A stretch of DNA of 64,000 bases, taken from positions 1,536,001-1,600,000 of the forward strand of contig CAWEZH010000002.1 of the NCBI GenBank assembly GCA_963813535.1, given 5' to 3'. The notes under the pieces are model-generated. The model had not been told where the DNA came from and searched no databases. It worked only from the letters and a program-made list of their open reading frames with translations. The stretch comes from an uncultured Chloroflexia bacterium (lineage in GTDB: Bacteria; Chloroflexota; Limnocylindria; Limnocylindrales; CSP1-4). Made by a program: the position numbers and the translations under genes. This document shows positions 8,201 through 17,866 of the stretch, piece after piece (the first letter of the stretch is position 1; each line of letters starts with the position of its first letter).

Positions 8201-9472
8201 TCAGCCCGACGGCGACGCTTCGGCGGGGACCTCTTCGGTCGGCGGCACCGGGATGATGATCTCATCGCCGACCTTGATCCGGTTCGGGTTCGAGATACGG
8301 TCCTTGTTCGCCTCGAGCAACGCATCGAGCGAGACGTTGAACTGGCGAGCGATGCGCGACAGCGTGTCGCCGGACTTGATCACGTAGGTCTGCGGCGTCG
8401 GCGCGGGGACCGCGGTGGGTGACGGGATGGGCGTCGATGCTGCGGCGGACGGGCTCGCGCTCGACGCGGCGCCGGGTGTACCACGGCCGCCGACCCCGAG
8501 GATGCCGGGCAGGAAGAACAGGATCAGGGCGGCCAGGATGACGCCGCCGAACAGGATGCCGACCGTCGGCACGGCGGGGATGCCCGACAGCCCGGCCCGC
8601 GTCTTGATCGACGGGTAGGCCTCGTTCCGACGCTGGCGTTCCCACGACGGACCATCGTCCCGCTTGCGCTCCGCAGCGGCCCGCTCGCGGTCGCGATCCC
8701 GGGTCGAGCTGACCGCCGGTCGTCGAGGTGGTCGCGTCGGCGGACGGACCTCGGCGAGCAGCTCGGCCGCCTTGTCCACGAGCGCGGCGCCACCGACAAG
8801 GCTGGCCAGCTCCGGATCGGCCGGCGACGCGGGGCTGTCCTCCTGCGTGGACTTCGATCGAGTCGACGACCGATGGCCCCATTCCTCGCTGATGTCCGCA
8901 CCACGCGCCAGGCGGTCCGCGGCACTGCCGGCCAACCCACGCGCCTCCTCGGGCGTCGCGTCGAGGGACCCTGGTGCCTCGTCAGCACCGCCCTTCCCGC
9001 GGGGACCGCCCGCCGTGCCGGCTGCCCCGGCCGCGCCCGCCGACGCCCATGGTGGCGGCGCCGCCCAGTCGCGCGGCGGATTGCGCCGTGGGCGTTCCTC
9101 GATCGGCGGCTCGGGGCGTGGCTGGCTCCACAGGTCCTCGGCGTCGTCGTCCTCGTCGAGCGACGCGGCCGCCGACCCCGCCGCGGCTGCGCTGACGGCG
9201 ACCTGCTCATCGGTGTCTTCCGGCGCCTCTGCCACCGGGATGGCGTGCGCAGCTTCCCGACGAGCCCACTCCTGGAACGTCGGACACACGGGGAACGCCG
9301 ACGAGAGGCAGTAGGCCTCCTGGTGGGCGAGGGCGCGCGGTGCCGGCTCGGCCTCGGCAAAACAGCGGTGGCGGTGGTCCGGTCGATCGGCACGCTCGTC
9401 GCGATCGTCTTCGAACGCGACGAACGGGCAGGCCGGTGAACCGTCCGCGCTGGGCAGGCCACGGTCCGTCAT
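8201..9472 (-). CDS. LysM peptidoglycan-binding membrane protein with N-terminal Cys/His domain
   Basis: C-terminal YVIKSGDTLSRIARQFNVSLDALLEAN...NPNRIKVGDEIIIP LysM; one TM; N-terminal CPF..HRC..H..YC..CP. Confidence 0.88.
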   Translation of the reverse strand: MTDRGLPSADGSPACPFVAFEDDRDERADRPDHRHRCFAEAEPAPRALAHQEAYCLSSAFPVCPTFQEWARREAAHAIPVAEAPEDTDEQVAVSAAAAGSAAASLDEDDDAEDLWSQPRPEPPIEERPRRNPPRDWAAPPPWASAGAAGAAGTAGGPRGKGGADEAPGSLDATPEEARGLAGSAADRLARGADISEEWGHRSSTRSKSTQEDSPASPADPELASLVGGAALVDKAAELLAEVRPPTRPPRRPAVSSTRDRDRERAAAERKRDDGPSWERQRRNEAYPSIKTRAGLSGIPAVPTVGILFGGVILAALILFFLPGILGVGGRGTPGAASSASPSAAASTPIPSPTAVPAPTPQTYVIKSGDTLSRIARQFNVSLDALLEANKDRISNPNRIKVGDEIIIPVPPTEEVPAEASPSG

Positions 9473-9625
9473 CGCTGCCGATGATACCCAAGCGGAAGCG
9501 CGCGTCCCGCCCATCGGCCGCCACTCGTACGGCGTTTGACACGGCAGATGCGCGCTCGGAGACTTCGAAGCGCGTCCCGAGACGATAGGGTGGATGGCCC
9601 TCGACCCAGTGTGAGAAGGAGTCCC

Positions 9626-10057
9626 ATGTCTCGACTGACCCGTTGGTTCGCGCCGACGACGACCGCCCGGGCCCACTGCGACCTGCCGTGCGGCGTGTAC
9701 GACCCCGAGCAGGCTCGCATCGAAGCCGAGTCCTGCCACAAGATCCTGGAGAAGTACGCCGCGAACGAGGATGCGACGTTCCGCGACCGGGCGATCCTGA
9801 TCAAGGAGCGCCAGGCGGACCTCGTCAAGCATCACCTCGACGTCCTGTGGCACGACTACTTCAAGCCCGAGCACCTCGAGGCCGTGCCGAACCTGCACGA
9901 GCTGTTCTGGAACGCGAACAAGCAGGTCTCGAAGGTCAAGGCCTCGACGGACACAGCCGATAGCAAGAAGCTGCTCGAGATGATCGACGAGGTCGACGCC
10001 GCCTGGAAGGCGACCGGCGGACCGGACAAGACACGCGTCGCCGGTCGGCCCGGCTGA
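9626..10057 (+). CDS. sodN: Nickel superoxide dismutase precursor
   Basis: Ni-hook HCDLPCGVYDP after a 16-aa leader; KHHL.VLW.DYFKPEH; AAGGAG SD. Confidence 0.97.
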   Translation: MSRLTRWFAPTTTARAHCDLPCGVYDPEQARIEAESCHKILEKYAANEDATFRDRAILIKERQADLVKHHLDVLWHDYFKPEHLEAVPNLHELFWNANKQVSKVKASTDTADSKKLLEMIDEVDAAWKATGGPDKTRVAGRPG

Positions 10058-10068
10058 ACTCAGTCCTG

Positions 10069-10554
10069 ATGCGCATCCCGAGGCCCCGCCGAACGGCGGG
10101 GCCTCGTCGCAGGGAGCGTCTCCGTCACCGCTTGCGCGGCCCGTGGCGCATCGCGATCCAGCAGGCCAGCATGGAGCCGACGATCCGCGAGGGTGACTGG
10201 CTGCTGGTCGACCCCACGACCGCTCGGTGGCCGAGGCGCGGGTCGATCGTGGCGTTCCACGAGCCGGATACCGGTGCGCTCGCCGTCAAACGCGTCGCTG
10301 GTACGCCGGGCGACCGCGTCCCGTTCAGGGACGGTTATCTCGAGCTGGCCGACGATGAAGCCTGGCTCGTCGCGGACGCCGACCCCGAGACCGCGGCGGC
10401 CACGGGACACGGCGACCCGATCGACTCGAACCGCTTCGGCCCGGTCCCGGTCGAGCTGCTCGTCGGGCGGGTGTGGTTCCGCTATGCGCCGCTTGGTCGT
10501 GTGGGACCGCTCAGGCGACGACCGGTGCCGCCCGACCTTCCGTCGTCAGGCTGA
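10069..10554 (+). CDS. sodX: Ni-SOD maturation protease (S26 family); true start may be further downstream
   Basis: SMEPTIREGDWLLV, VKRV (Ser-Lys dyad), DS..FGPV; adjacent to sodN. Confidence 0.85.
   Translation: MRIPRPRRTAGPRRRERLRHRLRGPWRIAIQQASMEPTIREGDWLLVDPTTARWPRRGSIVAFHEPDTGALAVKRVAGTPGDRVPFRDGYLELADDEAWLVADADPETAAATGHGDPIDSNRFGPVPVELLVGRVWFRYAPLGRVGPLRRRPVPPDLPSSG
10080..10105 (+). terminator. Strong hairpin downstream of sodN (terminator or mRNA-stabiliser)
   Basis: GAGGCCCCGCC-GAAC-GGCGGGGCCTC, 11-bp perfect stem 22 nt after the sodN stop; no U-tract. Confidence 0.5.
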
Positions 10555-11425
10555 TCCCCGCCGCGCGGCAGTCCTCGGCGAAGGCCGTCTGCGCCTCGAG
10601 CGTCGGTGACCAACGCGTCGGGAAGGCGACGAGCCGGTCGAGCCCGATCTCGGCCATCCGCGCCAACCGATCGACCCGCGCCTGCCCGGCGTCGCGCATG
10701 CGCTCATCGCGCTCGTACAGCGAGAACCGCAGCGTGGCCGGATCGCGCCCCTCGGCTTCGCAGCGCTCACGGACGTCGCGCATGCGCGCGACGATGTCGT
10801 CTGGCTCGATGAACACGAAGTTCAGCTCGTCCGCGTAACGGATGGCGTAGCCGGCTGTCCGCTGGCGGCCGTTGCCGCCGACGATGATCGGGATCCGCGG
10901 CTGCTGGAGACCTTGCGGTTCGTTGATCGCGCCGCGAACGTGCGCAAGGCGCCCTTCGAACGTCGACCGACCGGGCTCGAACATCTCGCTGATCACCTCG
11001 AGATGGTCCCCAAGGGCGTCGAGGCGCTCCGCGAGCGGTGGGAAGCCATACCCGTAGGCGACCCACTCGTCCTCCTTCCAGCCCGCCCCGATGCCGAGCT
11101 CGAAGCGCCCGCCGCTCATCACGTCGATGGTCGACGAGAGCTTGGCGGTCAGGGCCGGGTTGCGGAAACCCGTACACACGACCATGTGGCCCAGGCGCAC
11201 GCGGGTCGTGACCATCGCCAGCCCAGCGAGCACGGAAAACGACTCGAACGTGATCTCGTCGGTCGGGGCGGGAACCGTATGGAAGTGATCGAACACCCAC
11301 AGCGACTCGAAGCCGAGCTCCTCCGCCTGGCGTGCCAGCTCGACGGTCCGTGCCCAGGCCTCCGCCGGCGGCCAGCCGTCGTAGTCGCCCTTCCAGCCCT
11401 GCGGCGCCATGAGCCCGACCTGCAT
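10511..11425 (-). CDS. LLM-class (probably F420-dependent) oxidoreductase
   Basis: AEELGFESLWVFDHF, RVRLGHMV.C..FRNPAL.AK..STID.MSGGR.ELGIGAGW...E...YGY. Confidence 0.92.
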   Translation of the reverse strand: MQVGLMAPQGWKGDYDGWPPAEAWARTVELARQAEELGFESLWVFDHFHTVPAPTDEITFESFSVLAGLAMVTTRVRLGHMVVCTGFRNPALTAKLSSTIDVMSGGRFELGIGAGWKEDEWVAYGYGFPPLAERLDALGDHLEVISEMFEPGRSTFEGRLAHVRGAINEPQGLQQPRIPIIVGGNGRQRTAGYAIRYADELNFVFIEPDDIVARMRDVRERCEAEGRDPATLRFSLYERDERMRDAGQARVDRLARMAEIGLDRLVAFPTRWSPTLEAQTAFAEDCRAAGISLTTEGRAAPVVA

Positions 11426-11543
11426 CCGGATCCTCCTCGATGACATTCGTAGCCGAATCCTGCCACGTTCGACCGTTCGACCCGTGCGCCGCGGTGTGAG
11501 CCGACCCGACGTGCGGTCCTGCGCGGCCCGTATCCTCGGGACC

Positions 11544-12764
11544 ATGGAGACGACCGCGTTCGACCCGGCTGCCCGGCTCCCCGACATGCCCGACCCGTGG
11601 GTCTCGAGCTCACAGCCGAGCATGCGCTCCGGCCCGCCGTACCACATGACCGAGATGATCGAAGCCGAGCCGGCCCTTTCGGCCCGCGTCCTCGAACGGC
11701 ACGAGGCGGTCGGCAGTGGCGCAGCCGAGCTCGCCCGCGTCATCCGCCGAACGGTGCGGGCCGGCGACCCGGTCGTGGTCACCGGCTGCGGCACATCGGA
11801 GCACGCCGCCCTCGGCGTCGCCGACATCCTGCGCGCAGCCGTCCGGGAGGCCGAGGTCCGGGCCACGGGCCATGGCACGCGCCACGAGCCGCTCGCCGTA
11901 CAGGCTTTCGAGCTGTCGCTCGATCCGCCAGCCTCGGGCCTGGTCATCGGGATCTCACACGAGGGCGGGACGACGGCCACCAATGCCGCCCTCGAGGCGT
12001 CCCGGGCGGCGGGTGCCCGGACGGCGATCATCACGGTGAGCGAGCGATCGCCCGGCGCCGAGTCGGCCGACATCGTCGTCGAGACGGGCGAACTCGACCA
12101 GAGCTGGTGTCACACGGTCGGCTACCTCAGCCCGCTCGTGGCGGCCGCCGCGAGCGGAGCACACCTGACCGGACGACCGGTCGATGCGGCCTTCCGTGAC
12201 AGCGTCCAGGAGCTCGTCGCCTCCGGCGTCGATCGCGCGAGCATCGCCGAATCCGTCGCCGACCGCCTCGCCGAGCGCAGCTCTGTGCTGGTCATCGCGT
12301 CGGGCGCCGACCGGACGGCGGGTCGCGAGCTCGTCCTCAAGATCGAGGAGGGGACGTGGGTGCCTGCCGCCTATCGCGACCTCGAGACCTTCCTGCACGG
12401 CCACCTCGCCGCGGCCGAGGAGTCCCACGGGCTTGTCGTGATCCTCGCCGACCGCGACGGCCGCGATGCGCGACTGGCACGGGCGACCGGCGCGCTGCGG
12501 GCGGCGCGCGGCGTGGGCATGGAGGCCGCGGCGATCATGGCCGCCGACGCCGCCGCCGACCTACCGACCGACCTGACGCCGGCGGGGCGGATCGTCATCC
12601 CGGAGGCGCCCGCACTCCCCTCCCCGGTCGCGGCGCTGCTCGGGACCGCGACACCGCTGCAGATGCTCACGGAGCGCCTGGCTCGGGCGCGTGGCGTCAA
12701 CCCCGATGCGATCCACCGCGACGTCGACCGCTATCGCGAGGCTGCCGAGGCCGCCGAAGGTTGA
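11544..12764 (+). CDS. SIS-domain sugar-phosphate isomerase (GlmS C-terminal-like, two SIS domains)
   Basis: M..MI.AEP, VTGCGTS.HAA, ISHEGGT..T, E.VLKIEE, E.FLHG, QML...LA.ARGVNPD. Confidence 0.85.
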   Translation: METTAFDPAARLPDMPDPWVSSSQPSMRSGPPYHMTEMIEAEPALSARVLERHEAVGSGAAELARVIRRTVRAGDPVVVTGCGTSEHAALGVADILRAAVREAEVRATGHGTRHEPLAVQAFELSLDPPASGLVIGISHEGGTTATNAALEASRAAGARTAIITVSERSPGAESADIVVETGELDQSWCHTVGYLSPLVAAAASGAHLTGRPVDAAFRDSVQELVASGVDRASIAESVADRLAERSSVLVIASGADRTAGRELVLKIEEGTWVPAAYRDLETFLHGHLAAAEESHGLVVILADRDGRDARLARATGALRAARGVGMEAAAIMAADAAADLPTDLTPAGRIVIPEAPALPSPVAALLGTATPLQMLTERLARARGVNPDAIHRDVDRYREAAEAAEG

Positions 12765-12855
12765 CGAGGGCCCGGGGCGGTTGGCGCCCGCGTTCCGGCG
12801 GATGCTGCCGTTGCACCCCACGCACGGAACGGGGCGACTCGGTGGGACCCGGCCC

Positions 12856-13842
12856 TCAGAGGCGCCCGACGAGCTCCTCGCCCGCGACATCGACCATGTC
12901 AAGGTCCCATGGGATGAAGTCCTGGAACATGATCCGCTGGATGCCCGCATCGGCGAACCGCTCCACCTGGGCTCGCGCCTTGTCCGGCGTCCCGTAGACC
13001 CATCTGAGCCGACGCTCCTCGAGCCACGCCTCCCCAGTCTCAGCATCGGCGCCGAATGCCGCCAGGAGCGTCCGCTCGCGCTCGACGACCTCATCCTCGG
13101 TCCGCCCGACGAGCACGCCGGCCATCGTTGAGCGCGCAAGGGTCGACGGGTCGCGGCCGATCGCCCGGCACGCCTCGTCGAGCTTGACCCGGACCTCGGC
13201 TGCCCGGTCGGGTGACGCCGAGCTCAGGTTGTACTCGTCCGCGTACTTCGCCGCGAGCCGGTACGACCGAGGCGAGCCGCCGCTCCCGACGATGATGCGC
13301 GGGCGCTTGCCACCTGCCGGCGTCGTGGGCCGGCCGGGGACGTCGACGGGCCGGGGCCGGAACAGAGCGCCCTCGACCCGGATGCCGCTGATGCCCTCGA
13401 ACGACCAGCCGTCGGGCTCGCCCCACAGCCCGTGCAGGATGGCCAGCTGGTCCTCGAGCAGGTCGGCCCGCTCCTCGATCGGCGGGAAGACGAGGCCCAG
13501 CTGCCGGTGTTCCTCATCGTTCCAGCCGGCACCGACGCCCACCTCGATGCGGCCGCCGCTCATCTCGTCGACCGTCGCCACGACCTTGGCCAGGACCCCG
13601 GGGTGGCGGAACGTGACCGGCGATACGAGCGCCCCGAGCCCGATGCGCTCGGTCTCACGAGCGAGCCCCGCAAGGACGCTCCAGGCGTCAGTCGTCGGCT
13701 GGCCGGACTCGCCGGGGAAGCTCGCGAAATGGTCCGACCGGAAGAACGCGTCGAAGCCGTTCGCTTCGGCACGCTTCGCCGAGGCCAGCTGGTCCGCGTA
13801 GCTCATCCCCTGCTGGGGCTCGAGCATCAAGGCGTACTTCAT
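12856..13842 (-). CDS. LLM-class F420-dependent oxidoreductase
   Basis: EPQQG, GFDAFFRSDH, TDAW..LAGLARET.RI.LG.LVSPVTFRHPG, VDEMSGGR.E.G.GAGW. Confidence 0.92.
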   Translation of the reverse strand: MKYALMLEPQQGMSYADQLASAKRAEANGFDAFFRSDHFASFPGESGQPTTDAWSVLAGLARETERIGLGALVSPVTFRHPGVLAKVVATVDEMSGGRIEVGVGAGWNDEEHRQLGLVFPPIEERADLLEDQLAILHGLWGEPDGWSFEGISGIRVEGALFRPRPVDVPGRPTTPAGGKRPRIIVGSGGSPRSYRLAAKYADEYNLSSASPDRAAEVRVKLDEACRAIGRDPSTLARSTMAGVLVGRTEDEVVERERTLLAAFGADAETGEAWLEERRLRWVYGTPDKARAQVERFADAGIQRIMFQDFIPWDLDMVDVAGEELVGRL

Positions 13843-13875
13843 CGGTGCTCCTGTACGTCGCGTCAATCATTTGCC

Positions 13876-13903
13876 TTGACGCGATGGTCCATTCGATTAT
13901 GAT
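13876..13903 (+). promoter_or_regulatory. Sigma70-type promoter of marR-MFS
   Basis: TTGACG-N16-TATGAT, 7 nt before in-frame GTG 13911; palindrome TCACGTGA overlaps the start. Confidence 0.7.
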
Positions 13904-13910
13904 AGTTCAC

Positions 13911-14498
13911 GTGACACGAATGATTCCGACCCCGTCGCCCGCGCGACGGGCGACCACCCCCAGCGATCCGTACGCGCCAATCATCGCCGACTTCCGGTCG
14001 GCCATGACGATGCTGAAGTGCGCATCGAGTGAGCGCGTGCTGCGGCTGGGTATCAGCATGGCCCAGCTCCACATCCTCTACACGCTCCAGCGGAACGGCC
14101 AGATGACGATGAGCCACCTCGCGGAGGTGCTCAACGTGTCCCTGTCGAATGCGACCGGGCTCATCGACCGCATCGAGGAGCGCGGCTTCGTCGAACGCAC
14201 CCGCGTCCCCGAGGACCGCCGGATCGTGCTGATCCGCGTGACACCCGATGGCGAGCGGATGCTCGGAGATATCGATGCGCTGAGCGATGAGCTGCTGCGA
14301 TCGGTGCTCGGGCATCTCGACCGATCCAAGCTCGCCGGCGTCGGCCAGGCGGTCGCGGCACTCCGGGTCGCGCTCGCGGAGACGACCGGCGGGATGCCCG
14401 CCGATCGCCACACGGCCTCCATCCCTGCTCCACGATCCTCGTCGACCCTCCGGGGTGTCGAGCGTCCCGCGTTGCCACAACCCACACGGAAGGACTGA
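13911..14498 (+). CDS. MarR-family transcriptional regulator
   Basis: IS.AQLHIL..L, MS.LAE.L.VS.SNATGLIDRIEERGFVER.R.PEDRR.V.I..T. Confidence 0.93.
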   Translation: MTRMIPTPSPARRATTPSDPYAPIIADFRSAMTMLKCASSERVLRLGISMAQLHILYTLQRNGQMTMSHLAEVLNVSLSNATGLIDRIEERGFVERTRVPEDRRIVLIRVTPDGERMLGDIDALSDELLRSVLGHLDRSKLAGVGQAVAALRVALAETTGGMPADRHTASIPAPRSSSTLRGVERPALPQPTRKD

Positions 14499-14502
14499 AC
14501 CA

Positions 14503-16197
14503 ATGGAAGCATTCCCCGAGGCGAGCGGGAGGACTCCGTCCCTCGCCGAGGATCCGGCACTGGGCCTGAGCCATCGCGCGAAGATGGAGATCCTCTTCGC
14601 GGTCCTGCTCGGCCTGTTCCTCGGCGCGCTCGATCAGACCATCGTCGGGCCGGCCCTGCCGACCATCGTGACCCAGCTGTCCGGCAACGACTACTACGTC
14701 TGGGCGATCACGATCTACCTGCTGACCAGCACCATCAGCGTCCCGTTCTGGGGAAAGCTTTCGGACATCTACGGTCGCAAGCCGATCTTCATGATCGGCA
14801 TCGTCATCTTCCTGATCGGCTCGGCGCTGTCCGGCCTGAGCCAGAACATGGGCATGCTCATCCTGTTCCGGGGCATCCAGGGCATCGGTGCCGGGTCACT
14901 CTTCCCGGTGGCACTCGCGGTCATCGGTGACTTGTTCACACCCCAGGAACGCGGCAAGTACCAGGGCCTCTTCGGTGCCGTCTTCGGGATCGCGTTCGTC
15001 GTGGGCCCGCTCGTCGGGGGCTTCCTGACCGAGAACGTGGGCTGGCACTGGATCTTCTACGTCAACATCCCGATCGGGATCGTGTCGCTCATCGTCATCC
15101 AGCGACTGCTGCCGACGGTCAAGACCGCCTCGGCGACTCGAAACTTCGACCTGATCGGCGGAGCGATCTTCACCGTCGCGATGGTGTTCCTGCTGGTCGG
15201 TCTGACCAATAAGCAGTTCGGCGAATGGACCGATCCGACGGTGGGCGGCTTCATCCTCGTCGGTCTCGTCGGCACGGTGCTGTTCATCCTCGCGGAGGCG
15301 CGCGCGAAGGAGCCGATCGTCCCGCTCGACCTGTGGAGGAACCGGACGTACTCCGCGTCCATGGTCTCGACCTTCTTCGCGGCGTTCGCGTTCTTCGGCG
15401 CCATCGTCTTCCTGCCGCGCTGGTTCCAGGTCGTCGAGAGCTTCTCGCCGACCAACTCCGGCCTGGCGGCCCTGCCGCTCATGGTCGGCCTCATCGCCAG
15501 CTCGATCGGCTCCGGGTTCTTCGTTTCGCGGACCGGCCGGTACAAGTGGCTGCTGGTCGCGGCGATCGCGCTCATGGGCTTCGCGACCCTGCTGATGACG
15601 CAGCTCACCAAGGACACCCCGGTGCCCATCGTGTGGCTGTGGATGTTCATCGCCGGACTTGGCGTCGGCCCGACCTTCTCGGTGTTCACGATCGTCATCC
15701 AGAACGCCGTGCCGTTCCGGCAGCTCGGCGTCGCGACCTCCAACCTGACGTTCTTCCGTCAGATCGGCGGCACGATCGCGCTGGCATTCGTCGGGACGAT
15801 CTTCGGGACGACGTTCCAGGAGCAGCTGACCCCTTCGCTGGTCGCCCAAGGGGTGCCGCAACCGGTGGTCGACGGGTTCACCCAGGCCTCCTCCGGAGGT
15901 GGGCTGGACTTCAATCAGCTGACCGGCGTCGGCGACCTCGGGGCGATCATCCTCGCCCAGATCCCGGAACAGTTCCGGGCAGCAGTGGAGCCGTTCGTCC
16001 CGAACATCGTCGAAGGCATCCACGCGGCGTTCAGCATCGCCACCGCCCAGACCTTCTGGCTCGGCGTCTTCGGCTCCGTCGCGGCGGCCATCGCGGCCGT
16101 GGCGATCAAGGAGATCCCACTGCGGGCCACGAACGAGATGCCGGTCCCGGCCGCTGCATCCACGCAGGGCGCACGCCCCGCGCCGATGACCGACTGA
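14503..16197 (+). CDS. MFS DHA2 (EmrB/QacA-type, 14-TM) efflux pump
   Basis: LDQTIVGPALPTI, WGKLSDIYGRK, FRGIQGIGAG, GPLVGGFL....WHWIFYVNIPIG. Confidence 0.94.
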   Translation: MEAFPEASGRTPSLAEDPALGLSHRAKMEILFAVLLGLFLGALDQTIVGPALPTIVTQLSGNDYYVWAITIYLLTSTISVPFWGKLSDIYGRKPIFMIGIVIFLIGSALSGLSQNMGMLILFRGIQGIGAGSLFPVALAVIGDLFTPQERGKYQGLFGAVFGIAFVVGPLVGGFLTENVGWHWIFYVNIPIGIVSLIVIQRLLPTVKTASATRNFDLIGGAIFTVAMVFLLVGLTNKQFGEWTDPTVGGFILVGLVGTVLFILAEARAKEPIVPLDLWRNRTYSASMVSTFFAAFAFFGAIVFLPRWFQVVESFSPTNSGLAALPLMVGLIASSIGSGFFVSRTGRYKWLLVAAIALMGFATLLMTQLTKDTPVPIVWLWMFIAGLGVGPTFSVFTIVIQNAVPFRQLGVATSNLTFFRQIGGTIALAFVGTIFGTTFQEQLTPSLVAQGVPQPVVDGFTQASSGGGLDFNQLTGVGDLGAIILAQIPEQFRAAVEPFVPNIVEGIHAAFSIATAQTFWLGVFGSVAAAIAAVAIKEIPLRATNEMPVPAAASTQGARPAPMTD

Positions 16198-16220
16198 CGA
16201 CCGCCTGTCTCCTCTGGGTA

Positions 16221-16250
16221 CGGCCCTGGTGCTCCGCACCGGGGCCGTTC
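16221..16250 (+). terminator. Putative intrinsic terminator after the MFS gene
   Basis: CGGCCCTGGTGC-TCC-GCACCGGGGCCG hairpin followed by a weak TTCCTC tail. Confidence 0.45.
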
Positions 16251-16275
16251 CTCGTTCAGGGCTAGGATGGCGTCC

Positions 16276-16767
16276 GTGACATCCGCCGCCGAGATACGAC
16301 CCGCGCCCTTCCCCCCGCGACTCCAGGCCGTGGGGACGGCCGATGCGCCGTTCCGCCCGATGCTCGAGGCGGACGCGCTGGCGGAGGGCACGATGCAGCG
16401 CGTGACCGTCGGCGAGCTCGACATCCTGCTCGTCAACACAGAGCGTGGGATCTTCGCGACGGACGACCGCTGTCCACACATGTCCGCCCCGTTGTCCATC
16501 GGCGAACTCGACGGCTGCATCGTGGCCTGCCCGCTGCACGACGGTCGATTCGACCTGGCCAGCGGCGACACCGCACAGATGCCGACGACGGGTGGCCTCG
16601 ACGCCGACGGCGTGTACCACCCGACCTGGTCGCCTGCCGGCAGGGACCCCAAGGTCGACCCACCTGGCAAGAAGGCCGAGGCGCGACGGTTCACGCGGGT
16701 CCGACGACTCCGCTACTACCCGGTCCGCATCGTCGACGGCGTGATCGAGGTGGCGATCCCCGGCTGA
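16276..16767 (+). CDS. Rieske [2Fe-2S] ferredoxin-like protein
   Basis: DRCPH...CPLHDGRFDL.SG; TAGGAT -10 lies 7 nt before GTG 16276. Confidence 0.88.
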   Translation: MTSAAEIRPAPFPPRLQAVGTADAPFRPMLEADALAEGTMQRVTVGELDILLVNTERGIFATDDRCPHMSAPLSIGELDGCIVACPLHDGRFDLASGDTAQMPTTGGLDADGVYHPTWSPAGRDPKVDPPGKKAEARRFTRVRRLRYYPVRIVDGVIEVAIPG

Positions 16768-16782
16768 GCCGGCGGTCTGCGA

Positions 16783-17631
16783 CTACGTCTGGGCCTGATC
16801 CGGTTTCGCGGCCGGTTTCTTGACGTCCTTCTTCCCGATCGGCTTCGTCTCGGGTTTGACCGCGGCGGCCGCCTTGCGTTGCGAGCGCTGATATGCCCTA
16901 AGGATCTTGACGGCTTCCTTCGGGTCATCGGTCAGCCGCAGCAGATCGACATCCTCGGCGTTGATCGCCGCCTCCGCGAGGACCGAGCCGCGGATCCAGT
17001 CGAGCATCCCGGTCCAGTAGTCGGTGCCCATCAGGATCACCGGGAAGTCCTGGACCTTGTGGGTCTGGATGAGCGTCAACGCCTCGAACAGCTCGTCGAG
17101 CGTGCCGTAGCCGCCGGGGAAGATGACGAACCCGTCGGCGTACTTCACGAACATGACCTTGCGCGTGAAGAAGTAGCGGAACTCGACGCCGAGGTCGACG
17201 TACGGGTTGAGACCCTGCTCCATCGGCAGCTCGATGTTGCAGCCGATCGATAATCCGCCACTCTCCTGGCAGCCGCGATTGGCCGCCTCCATGATCCCTG
17301 GGCCTCCGCCGGTGATGACGGCGTAGCCGGCCTCGGCGAGGCGCCGCCCGAGTTCTCGAGCCTGCTCGTAGTAGGGGTGGTCCTGCTTCGTCCGCGCCGA
17401 TCCGAACACGCTGACCGCCGGTCCGACCTCGGCCAGCGCATCGAACCCATCGACGAACTCGGACAGGATGCGCAGCGACCGCCACGGGTCCGAATCCAGG
17501 AAATCGGGACGAGCAGAGGTCTGGAGGAGCGCCTCGTCCTCCGTGCGCATCATGCGGCCGCCGGCGAGCTTCGTCGCTTCGCGTCGGATCGTGATGCGGC
17601 CGCGTCGGCGTCGATCGGGTTTGTCGGTCAC
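16783..17631 (-). CDS. LOG-family (TIGR00730) Rossmann-fold protein
   Basis: VFGSAR, TGGGPGIMEAAN, YFF.RKVMFVKY, PGGYGTLDELFE. Confidence 0.93.
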   Translation of the reverse strand: MTDKPDRRRRGRITIRREATKLAGGRMMRTEDEALLQTSARPDFLDSDPWRSLRILSEFVDGFDALAEVGPAVSVFGSARTKQDHPYYEQARELGRRLAEAGYAVITGGGPGIMEAANRGCQESGGLSIGCNIELPMEQGLNPYVDLGVEFRYFFTRKVMFVKYADGFVIFPGGYGTLDELFEALTLIQTHKVQDFPVILMGTDYWTGMLDWIRGSVLAEAAINAEDVDLLRLTDDPKEAVKILRAYQRSQRKAAAAVKPETKPIGKKDVKKPAAKPDQAQT

Positions 17632-17673
17632 GATGGGAAGGATGCCACCCGACGACGTGACCCGAGGGCCCGG

Positions 17674-17859
17674 ATGCGCGGCCGCCTGATCGCCGGGATC
17701 GCGCTGGCCCTGGTCGGGGCCGTGTGGGTCGGCCAGGGCCTCGGGTTGCTGCGCGGATCCAGCTTCATGGTCGACGACATCCGATGGGCCCTGGCCGGCG
17801 TGGGCGCGATCGCCGTCGGGCTGGCCCTGCTCATCAGCGCGCGTCGGAGCCGGCCCTGA
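17674..17859 (+). CDS. Small two-TM membrane protein
   Basis: G.VW.GQG.G...GSSFM..D..W pattern between two hydrophobic helices. Confidence 0.7.
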   Translation: MRGRLIAGIALALVGAVWVGQGLGLLRGSSFMVDDIRWALAGVGAIAVGLALLISARRSRP

Positions 17860-17866
17860 CGCCTAT

